NCBI RefSeq assembly: GCF_009834535.1
Contig: NC_045696.1
Span: forward strand, 57,104,001-57,168,000
DNA length: 64,000 bases
Direction of reading: 5' to 3'
Source of the DNA: Camelus ferus
Taxonomy: Eukaryota
The position numbers and the translations under genes are program-made. The number at the start of each line of letters is the position of its first letter. Position 1 is the first letter of the stretch. Shown here piece after piece: positions 54,427 to 64,000 of this stretch. The notes beneath the pieces were generated by a model, which was given only the letters and a program-made list of their open reading frames with translations, was not told the DNA's origin and searched no databases.

Positions 54427-54597
54427 ATCATGTAAATGGACATTGCACAAGTCCAACTTCTCAGAGTTGCAGTTCTGGAAAACGTCTTTCTAGTGCTGAC
54501 GTTTCAAAAGTAAATCGCTGGGGTCCGGGAAGACCGCCATTTCGAAAAGCACAGTCAGCTGCTTGCATGGAGATTTCCTTACCAGTCACAACAGAAG
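54427..54597 (+). CDS. STXBP5L: STXBP5L 171-nt exon, (D)HVNGHCTSPTSQSCSSGKRLSSADVSKVNRWGPGRPPFRKAQSAACMEISLPVTTE
   Basis: Acceptor ctttttctccgtacag| and donor GAAG|gtatgt. Phase 1/1, 57 codons, open frame. Matches the recalled tomosyn-2 hypervariable region. Confidence 0.95.
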
Positions 54598-55603
54598 GTA
54601 TGTTAAACATACACATTTAAAATTTGACATTCCATAGTAATGGTAGCTGGACAATAAGGGAATAGTGGTCACATGTAAGAGACTGAAAACTATACTCAAC
54701 TCTAGACAACAAGTAACTGAGCACCTGGTTGGGCTGTGGCCATGACTCCAGATCCATTTTTCCCAACACCTCTTTCAACTCTAAAACCAGAATGGCTCCA
54801 TTTATGGGTAGACTCCATGCAAAGTAAGACCTATGCCTTAATTTGTTCTCTACATTCCCAGTTTCTTTCCATCTCAATGTTTAGCATCTTGGTGTCTCTA
54901 TCTGTAGAGTTATTTAATGTCTTGTAACCTTAATTTCCTCAACCGCCAAGTGAATGTGACCAAGAAAAAGGGGAGATATTAAATTCTATAGTTTGCAGTC
55001 TTCATCTTCACATGTTTTAAAGGGAGGATTACTTGCTTATTTATGAAATTAGTGTAGGGTCAGGAGGTAAAGTACAAGAGCCAGAAGGCCAGAAATTAAG
55101 AGAGAAAAAAGGACTCCTGTAACTGCTGCTGCTGTCTTGCTGATGAAGAGCTTCAGGAAGAGAGATAGGAAGAAATCATCTTAGGAATGTTAGCTATCTT
55201 AATTCTATGCTATAAAATAATTCCCCATTTACCACCTCTCAAAATTTGATAGTAATGATCGTTATTATTCTTCAAATTTTAAAAATAAATTTCTTAGTTT
55301 GTTTCCTTACAGTAAATCTGGTCCATGGACAGGCAGATAGTATCTTTCTCACAGCTGTCTATGAGTAGCAACCTTGAATATTGATCAACCATAACCGTGA
55401 ATGAAAAATTTTTGGAAACTTTAGTTAGGAATGTTGTAATAGAAGCAAAATGTAAAGGTTATTAAAAAAAAAAAGTAGCACTCTTCATCAGTGTATTTAG
55501 AGTTGGGAATTTTGAGTTTTAGACATTTCTGCCTTTAACTTGTTGATTCTGGGAAAATCAGTTAACTCTACATCTCTGTCTCCCAATCTGTAAAATACAT
55601 AGA

Positions 55604-55648
55604 TTATATCCAAGCTCTCTCTTATATCTAAGCTCTCTCTTATACCTA
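55604..55648 (+). repeat. 18-bp tandem repeat, about 2.5 copies (ttatatcYaagctctctc)
   Basis: Read directly: units start at 55604 and 55622, with a partial unit at 55640. Confidence 0.9.
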
Positions 55649-56650
55649 GATTCTATTACAAACAATTATTTTTACAAACTTGCAGAGGAATGGAAGGGGG
55701 GAAATTAGGAACACTGTCTTTTACTTTGTAGAAAAAGAATAGTCTGAGGAACTTGTATTTAGTTTTATTGTGTATTGTATATTACCTTTTATAAAAATGA
55801 GTCACACTTGAACCTATCAAGAAAGTTGAGTGAAGGCAGTAGAAAGAATATGAGAAACTTGTACTCTGGATATAATCTTCCTAATATCATTTACCTGAGA
55901 TGTTGAGTTTCTGCTTGTTGGAGTGTGCACATGTGTAAGTGCTGATGAGCAGGAGAATCTGAAACTCCTATTTCCTTTAAGCACACCGAAGCCCTCTCAG
56001 ATTACCACAGTCGGTGGGGTGTCATTGTTTACAGCTCCTTATTTGGCCCTATGCAAACTTAGCACAGAATCTGGATTCAGGGTAGACAGCTTGTAACTAG
56101 TTCAGGGAAATGACATTTGCTCTTTAGTCTTGGTGCTAATATAAATAGTTCCATTTTTACAATTGTAATTGCTCCAAATACAGCAAAATTAGGGGAATGT
56201 ATTCACCACAGAACATTTGTGACCCTTCAGGTAAGTAGCCACCATGTTGTCGGTAAGTTAGAAATTGTCAAGAAATCATTAGGAATACTTCCAACAATTA
56301 AGAGAGGAAGGAAGCTTAATTAAAATAGCACACAGAAATTCTTGTAACCTTGACTATTTAGACTAAACATCTCTTTTCTAAACTAGAGAATTTCAACTAA
56401 CTTACGAGGTAAGGTACAGAGAAAAACAGTGAACTGGAACTCCTCACGTTCTAGTCCCAGCTCTGCTCTAGTCTCAGTCTCTTCATCTTCAAAATAAGCT
56501 GGTGAATTGGATAAGCTGCCTTCCAGATCAGTTAACAAAGAATCAAATTCTACTCCCCTCTCATAATTTTGGTTTTCATGTACTGAGTCTGACTTGACTT
56601 GTTCTGGAAATACGCTAAAAACTTAATTTTTGTTCTTTAAATTTCCATAG

Positions 56651-56890
56651 AAAGTCGAGAAAATTCCTATAATCGTTCTAGAAGCTCTAGCATCTCCAGC
56701 ATTGACAAAGATTCCAAAGAGGCAATTACAGCACTATACTTCATGGAGTCCTTTGCTCGGAAAAATGACTCTACTATCTCCCCTTGTTTGTTTGTTGGAA
56801 CTAGTCTGGGAATGGTGTTAATCATATCCCTAAACTTACCTTCAGCAGAGGAACAAAGATTTACAGAGCCAGTCATGGTATTGCCAACTG
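56651..56890 (+). CDS. STXBP5L: STXBP5L 240-nt exon, (E)SRENSYNRSRSSSISSIDKDSKEAITALYFMESFARKNDSTISPCLFVGTSLGMVLIISLNLPSAEEQRFTEPVMVLPT
   Basis: Acceptor atttccatag| and donor ACTG|gtaaga. Phase 1/1, overlaps ORF 56743..56967. Matches tomosyn-2 where the WD40 fold resumes. Confidence 0.96.
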
Positions 56891-57767
56891 GTAAGAATTT
56901 TTATTTATTCCTTCACTGCTTTTTCAAATTTAGATATGTGGTATTGAAAAACATTTATTTATATTGACCTGGAGCAAAGATTTAAGTATTCTGCATAATA
57001 ACAACTACTGAGAATTTTATAAATCATATACTGTCCTAACTATTGCAGCTTATCCCTCCTGCAGGGTAAAATAGTCACTCATTTCTGTGGTTGACTCAGC
57101 CTAAACAATGCCTTGGAGAATAAGTTCTTGAAAAGCATTGAGAAAAGCCTTAATGCAAAAGTTAAAAATTTTTTTAATGAATTAAAGCTTTTCTCCAAGG
57201 TTTCATGCCAGATCAGAACCTGTGAGTGTTTTTACATCATCCTTGAACTCAGGATGGTTAGGCTAGAAGCAGTCTGACTTGAGGTAACTCTAAATTCTTT
57301 GGTAATCTTCCCATCTTGTTTCAAAGCCATGCCACACAATTTCTTCCTTTTATTTTTGTGCCTAGAGAATTTGGCCCACGTTATAAGCATTGTTGCTGAA
57401 GTACATGCTGTATTCTCTTCCTATTTGAATTATCTTTTTCCTTTTGAAGATGAGATGTGTGATTCCTTCTGTTACTCCTTTGAGTATTTTACAGTTTGTC
57501 AATAACTTTTACTGTCTCTCTCTCCTACATATTAAAAAAAACTATCTGAAAAACATTTCTTAAAAAGAATTTTTATAAATATACAGGATAAGGAGTTTTG
57601 TTTAAAAATACATGTATGGTAGGTTAGATAGTTGTGTTTAGGTTAGACAGAGTTGTGTTTTTGTTAACTGGTGTGCTAAATTCATATAGGTGGACTGTTA
57701 TTTATCGTAGGTAGAATAGTCAGCACTCTACTAGTGTGCCAAGTTCAGATAAACCTACTTTGTTTGT

Positions 57768-58129
57768 GTGTGGCTTAAACAACAGATGTTTATTTTCTCA
57801 CATTTCTGGAGGCCCAAGATTAAGGTGTCGGCAGGTCTGGTTTCTTCTGGGGCCTCTCCCTGGCTCGTAGTTGGCCATCCTCTCACCTATTCTTACATGA
57901 CTGTCCCTCTGTATGCATGTACCCCTGGTATCTCCCTGAGTATCGTGATCTCTTCTTCTTAGAAAGATATTTGATAGTTTGATGAGGGCCCTCCCTATTA
58001 GCCTCATTTTATCTTAATCACCACTTTAAAGGCTCTGTCTCAGATGTGGTCACATTCTGAGGTACTGGGGTTTAGGCCTTCAAGATTCAAATTTGGAGGG
58101 GGGCAGTGTACAAAATCCAGCCCATAAAA
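57768..58129 (-). mobile_element. MLT1A/B/C-type MaLR solo LTR
   Basis: tggcttaaacaacagatgtttattttctcaca..ctggaggc...gtcacattctgaggtactgggg...cagcccataa. Confidence 0.88.
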
Positions 58130-58179
58130 TGCATTGTATTTTAAACGTTAATCCGTTAGGTTCACTATATACTAGTTGT

Positions 58180-58234
58180 AAAGCTTGCAATAACCTAGAC
58201 ATGGTAGTGACTGAAATAAATCTCACTAAACCCA
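58180..58234 (+). repeat. 55-bp dispersed direct repeat, copy 1
   Basis: aaagcttgcaataacctagacatggtagtgactgaaataaatctcactaaaccca, 53/55 identical to 59724-59778. Confidence 0.95.
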
Positions 58235-58737
58235 TATTTCACAAAAGAAAGTATCTTTTACTATATTCCTAATTTTAAGGAAATATGTACAATTCTCTTA
58301 TACTGGTTGAGAGACAGCCAGATCAGTAAGGTCATTATGAACTTTTAAGTATTAATTTAATCCATTATTTAACTCAATAAATTGTTATACAGATTGAATA
58401 CCTAATATGTGCCAGGCATTCCTCACAAATTTAAGGTAAAAGTCAAACTTCTACATACACAACTTCACAACTTTCAGTGAAAGACAATTTTCTAAGAGAT
58501 ATTCCAACAAATACGGTTTTATTTTTGAACAAAAATCATGATGTGATATGCCTTTTTTTCCCTCTCAAGTGCTGATGCTTCAATTTTGTAATTGTTAAAA
58601 AATCAAAATACAGAGGAAAGTAAATAAAATTCTGCCACAAGAAAATTCCCTTCTTCTCAGTCCCATCTCCCCCTCCACAATTTTGCCTCTAGGAATTTTA
58701 CTCTCTGAAATTTTCTGAGATTCTAATTTTAAAGTAC

Positions 58738-58886
58738 CTTCATTGAAGTATGACTGGCATACAGAAAGCTGTACATATTTAATGTATACAACTTGATGAG
58801 TTTGGAGATAAGTATACATACATGAAACTATGACCACAATCTATGCCATAAACATATGCATCACCTCGAAGAGTTTCCTACCCTCT
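58738..58886 (-). mobile_element. L1MB-like extreme 3' end, antisense
   Basis: attgaagtatgactggcatacagaaagctgtacatatttaatgtatacaacttgatgagtttgg. Confidence 0.8.
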
Positions 58887-59723
58887 AATTTTTTGAGACT
58901 CATTTTAAATTGCATCTCATTTCTACTTAATGCTTTGTGCTGCCAACTTCAAATTATTCTGAATTGTAATTATCAATTCTGCCACATGAAGTGCCTATCA
59001 GTTTTGTTAAAAAAAAAAAAAACTATTTTCATGCCTCATGATCAAACTCAAGATTTAAACTCATAATTAAACTAAAGAATCTCCATAATTAATTCTCTTC
59101 AGCCCTGAACTGGTTTTTCCTACTCTCCCATTTCTGTTAATAGTGCCATACTACTACCTAAATAACTTCCATCACATCAGTTTCTTTTCTGATCCCTTTT
59201 ACTTACTGCCTCCCAACTGGTCTTATTCCAGTATTGTTTTCATTACCTAATTTCTATGCACCATATTCTCTGGTATTTTTCACTTACCCATAGAAGCAAT
59301 TTCTTGGAAATCAGCAGTCTCTCTAAGCTCAGCCTTACTCTACCTCTCTAATTTCCTGCTACTTCCAAGCACCAGCTCCTCGGTCCAGCCAATCTTATTT
59401 CCTCTCTTCCCTTTTCTCTTTTCCACCTGTCAATCTATCATCAGTAAATGTCATATGAACTTTTATGTTTGTTGTCAAAATTTCAGAAAACATGTATCAA
59501 GTTTCTTAGGAGCTATATGATTTGGAAAAATTTTCTATAGAATGGCTTTTGCCTCCCACATTTCAAATTTCAAATCTTGTTTGCTCTACATTATCTATAT
59601 ATTTCTAATGTTGACATAATATATAATTTGTAATATGATCGTCAGCTCTGCATTTTCATGTCCGATTTTTGCTGACTTGCATCAGAGCAATAGGAGTTTT
59701 CTGGGAGCCATTCCTATACCTTG

Positions 59724-59778
59724 AAAGCTTGCAGTAACCTAGACATGGTAGTGACTGAAATAAATCTCACTAAGCCCA
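59724..59778 (+). repeat. 55-bp dispersed direct repeat, copy 2
   Basis: aaagcttgcagtaacctagacatggtagtgactgaaataaatctcactaagccca. Confidence 0.95.
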
Positions 59779-59944
59779 AGCTAAATGTACCCCCATCTTA
59801 ATTTCCCCTTGTCCAAATTCCTGAAATGCCTATTCACTACAATGTCACCTAGCTGGAAGAAAATTAGAGTGGAAAGAGAAAGACATTTAACTTGATTGTG
59901 GTTAAAGTATTTTAGTCTCACAAATTTAATAAAAAAACATGTGC

Positions 59945-60292
59945 CTCACTTAAAGAATCTAAAAATAGAAAAAAGAAGACTCTAATGAACTTATCTACAA
60001 AACAGAAACAGACTCATAGACATAGAAAACAAACTTATGGTTACCGAGGGGGAAAGGGATGGGAAGGGATAAATTGGGAGTTCGAGATTTGCAAATATTA
60101 ACTACTATATGTAAAATAGATAAACAAGTTTCCTCTGTATAGCACAAGGAACTATATTCAATATCTTGTAGTAACCCATAATGAGAAAGAATATGAAAAC
60201 AAATACATGTATGTATATGTATGGCTGAAACATTATGCTGTACACCAGAAACTGACACATTGTAAACTGACTATACTTCAATAAAAAATAAA
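59945..60292 (+). mobile_element. Lineage-specific L1 3' end
   Basis: aaacagaaacagactcatagacatagaaaacaaacttatggttacc...gtaaactgactatacttcaataaaaa. Same family as 34500-34811. Confidence 0.88.
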
Positions 60293-61825
60293 GGGCTGAT
60301 AAAGAAAAATTTAAAATGTAAAAGCAATAAAGATTCATGTAAATGGACTTACCTCATATTTTCTCTAAATTTTCCTCCTCTTGTTTCTAAGGATGTGATT
60401 TTAACTAATTCAGTTTCTGATTACCTATTACATAAGCTTAGATACTTGTTTTCATGTGTATGTTCTCAACATTAATCCTATGCAAAAGTATACCCAAGAT
60501 AATCTTCTTGCTTTTTTAATTATTCTGCTTCTTTCAGTATTCTTGTGTTGCCCTTTGCCTGCTGGCAAAAATACCTTCTAGACTTACCCTGTAGTCTAGA
60601 CTTTTCCCAGGCCACTTCCTATGTCAGAGTTACTTGCCTGCATTTTAATTCCTTTGTAGTCCAGTTCTCTAATGAGGAACAATTAAAGTAATTCATGCAA
60701 ATATGAAAATGAGTTAATGTGCTATCTCACAGATACAATATGAAACCAGTTAACATGTTTTGTCTGGAAATCACGTTTAGTTAAAATGAGGATACAGTTG
60801 TTAATCTTAAGTCTAATACAATGAAACTTCCCATCAAGGTTTAAAGTATTTAGTTAGGGCCTTTCCATGTAAGATGTGTGTAATTCAAACTTTTGTGAAA
60901 TTTATGCATTATATGTCTTATAAACTGCAGTAAAAACCAGTAAGAATATAACTCAATCAAACATGATTATATTTGACTAGACAAGTATAATCACAGCCTA
61001 ATATAGAAAACTAAACACACTCTCCACTTACAGGTAGCAGCTCTGTTAGTTGTTTACAGCTGTTATTACTAGTTGAGTGTTTGTAGAAATTATGTTTTCC
61101 CCAAAGTAGATATACTGTTACCTGAAACTCCTGAAGATAAAGTATAGAATTTGTCTAAGCCCTTAATAGACACATAGGAATCTATTAGGATTTTTAGGTA
61201 TTTTTAAATCACTGAATGAAAAAAGCAAAGTACAATTCTGTCTGGGTACTAGACAAAAACAAACGAAATTTCACATACACTTCTGTCATGTGCTATTGAC
61301 ATGAATTCAAGCTTTTGCCAGGATCCCTTTTATGGAGAGATTAAAAATCTATTTCTTTGTGAAAAGCCTATGATCTAGATATACAGTTCTTAATGTAGTA
61401 GGATAACCTAGAAGAAATGGATACATCCCTATTAACATACAACTACCGAGGCTGAATTATGAAGAAATAAAAGTCTGAACATACCTGTAACTAATAAGAC
61501 TCAATCATTAATCAAAAACCTCTCAAAGCCCTACTTCTCTTTTTTTAAAGGAATCTTTTCACATTACTTCATCTTTGTTTTAACAACAAATTCTAATGAA
61601 TGATACGGTAATTTGTACTAAATTACTAAATCACTAATTTTAGAGTGAAAAAGCACCTAGAGATTATCCATTCAACAGCTATAGTCTGTATCAAAATCAC
61701 TTGGAGGGTTTGTTTTGTTACAACACACATTAGTGAGCCCAATTTCCAGAGTTTCTCATTCAGTAGGCCTGGGTGGGGTCTGAGAATTTGCTTTTATTTT
61801 AACAAGCCACAGGTGATGATAATTG

Positions 61826-62763
61826 TACAAATGCAATTTTGCATGCTGGGCTGGAATAACCTACAGTTCCACCCTCCTGTGCAGGGAAAATCCCAAACCT
61901 TCCCCCTTCTATGTTTCTCCTGTGTGTCTCCTTCATTTTTGCATGACTACCACACTCACAAACACTTCTGACACCAGATATGTGGAGGCGTTGTCCACAA
62001 ACAAGCAATTCTCTGAGACACCAGCTGGGTGTTCCACAGTTTAACTCAATTCAGACACTGTCTACATGGAGATCATGACAGATCCCACAGGGAAAGGTCT
62101 CAGAGAACAAAGACTCCCCCTGCTTCCAGATACCAATCACAAGTCAAGTCAACGTTGTCACCTTTTCTTTTGACCAACCAGTTATAGGCCTGAGGTTCCC
62201 ACAACTCGCTCCTTGGGTTCAATTAATTTGCTAGAGCAGTTCACAGAACTCAGAAAAATTGTTTACTTACTGTTTACCAGTGTATAACAAAAGAAGATAG
62301 ATGAACATCCAGATAGAAGAGATGTGTAGGGCAAGATACATAGGAAGAGACGCGGAGCTTCCAGGCCCTCTCCAGGAGTGTAACTCTCCCCACACGCTAC
62401 CTGCTCAGCAACCCGGAAGTTCTCCAAACTCCTTCCTTTTGGGTTTTTATGGAGGTTTCATTACACAGGTGTAGCTGATTAGTTTATTGGCCGTTGGTGA
62501 TTGAACTCAATCTCCAACTTCCCGCCTCTCACCAGAGGTGGGGGTGGAGTGGGGCTGAAAGTGCTAACCTTCTAATCACCTGGTTGGTTCCCCTGGCAAG
62601 CAGCCCCCATCCTTAGGTGAAGTCCAAAAATCACGTCATTAACATAATGAAAGGTACCTGTGTTGCTCTCATCACTTAGGAAATTCCAAGGGTTTTTCGG
62701 AGCTCTGTGCCAGAAATAAGGATAAAGATCAAATATGCATTTATCATAAATTGTAATATCACA
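61826..62763 (-). mobile_element. MER21-type ERV solo LTR, adjacent to a MER5A fragment (about 61670-61820)
   Basis: cacttctgacaccaga..acaccagctgggtgt..ttaatttgctagagcagttcacagaactcag...ataaattgtaatatcaca. GC-richer than its flanks. Confidence 0.8.
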
Positions 62764-62769
62764 GATACA

Positions 62770-64000
62770 TATTCAGCTTAAGCACAATCCTGTTAAACTG
62801 AATTCTACCTACTTTATTTGTATACCTGTGTAGCTAAATATGACTGGAGAAAAATATAAAACCAGACTAAACAGTCTCATTTTAAAATAAATCATCAGTA
62901 ACCTCAAGTGGGTTCCTGTGCTGCTGGATAGTCATACTGTAATTTCCTAGTCCTCTCTCCCATCCCCTTAAACAACAATTAGGTATTTTCTCCACTCTCC
63001 TCAGAGCTCCAATACCTCCTCCACTGTTTTCAGTCTTAGCTAATGACCATGTGTCCTTTCACTGAGAAAAGTGAAACAATCAGATAAGAACTTCAACAGC
63101 TGCCCCACTACATCTACCAACTTGTGTCTCCATGGTCTCTGTATTCTCTCCTGTTATTATGACTAAACTGTGCAAGCTCCTAACTTAATGAGCATCTCCA
63201 TTTGTATACTAGATTCTGCCCTTTCACTGACACAAGAAAGTCAATCCAGCAATTTTTCCTGTTTCCTTTGTATAATTGTAGTATTTCTCTTTCTACTAGA
63301 TAAGCATACAAACATGCTGTTATTTCTCCTACTAAAAGAAAACCCTCCTTGAATCTGTTCTCCTATGATGCCCCATTTCACTTCTTTTTTCTAGTGTAAA
63401 ATTCCTTGAAATGATTGTGTTATAGTCACTATTTCCAATTTTATTCTCACATTCTCTCGAGTGCATTCTAATCAAAACTTCCCCCACACCAATTAACAAA
63501 AACCTCAATATAGGTGATGATTCTCAGGCCACTCCTTACCAGATATAACAGTAGCATAGTGCAGTTTAACCATTATCCTTACCTTAAAACATTTCACTTT
63601 TCACTTAGATTCCAGAATACTTTATTTACCTAGTTTTCTTCCTACCTTTATATGCCATTCCTTTTCAGTCCTCTTTGCTAGTCCCTCCACATTTCACTGG
63701 ACTTAAAACATCGAGATGCCCAAAGACTGACTCCTTGAACCTTTTCTGTTTTCTATTTATAGTCAAGCTCAACAGGAAACCAGCCAGCCTTATGACTTTA
63801 AATGCCATTTATAATCTAATGGGTCATGAATTTACATTTATAGTCTGGACCAATCCCCAAATTTCTGACATAGATATCCAGTTATTTGACATCCACTTGG
63901 ATGTTTAAGAAGTATCTCAAACTTATGTCCAAAACTGAATTCCTAATATTCTTTTCCTTTCTTCCACAATCTTTCCCACATCTATTAATGGAAATTTCAT
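62770..64000 (+). mobile_element. L2 LINE fragment running off the window end
   Basis: cctttcactgagaaaagtgaaacaatcaga, and gacatccacttggatgtt..ctcaaacttatgtccaaaactgaattcct. Confidence 0.82.

Noticed and set aside
1..64000. The many 60-145 aa ORFs in the supplied track as independent genes
   Set aside because: They are low-complexity or hydrophobic translations of L1, SINE and LTR sequence, or chance ORFs. Only those overlapping STXBP5L exons, the ARPC1A pseudogene, L1 ORF2 or ERVL pol have recognisable content.
1..64000. A prokaryotic-type system (CRISPR array, operon, defence locus)
   Set aside because: The sequence is mammalian intronic DNA with spliceosomal exons. I saw no regularly spaced repeat-spacer array or gene-dense region.

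Overview
AT-rich mammalian genomic DNA, probably from a camelid (alpaca/llama/camel), judging by several tRNA-derived Vic-type SINEs and cetartiodactyl-type L1 3' ends. The window lies inside the + strand gene STXBP5L (tomosyn-2). It holds five recognisable coding exons around the hypervariable region (1288-1439, 3303-3374, 15263-15328, 54427-54597, 56651-56890). The long introns are filled with L1, L2, MIR, MaLR/ERVL LTRs, Tigger/MER DNA transposons, an LTR-less ERVL pol fragment and a decayed ARPC1A processed pseudogene. The most notable observation is an extra 51-nt, frame-preserving candidate exon at 26109-26159 (VKGSRKLSLPTDLKADL). It closely matches the 17-aa alternatively spliced segment of the paralog STXBP5/tomosyn-1, and I do not recall it in the canonical tomosyn-2 protein. 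Nearly all ORFs in the supplied track are repeat-derived or chance ORFs. I see no prokaryotic-type system and cannot support a wholly new biological system. Family names come from recalled sequences, not database searches, and repeat boundaries are approximate.
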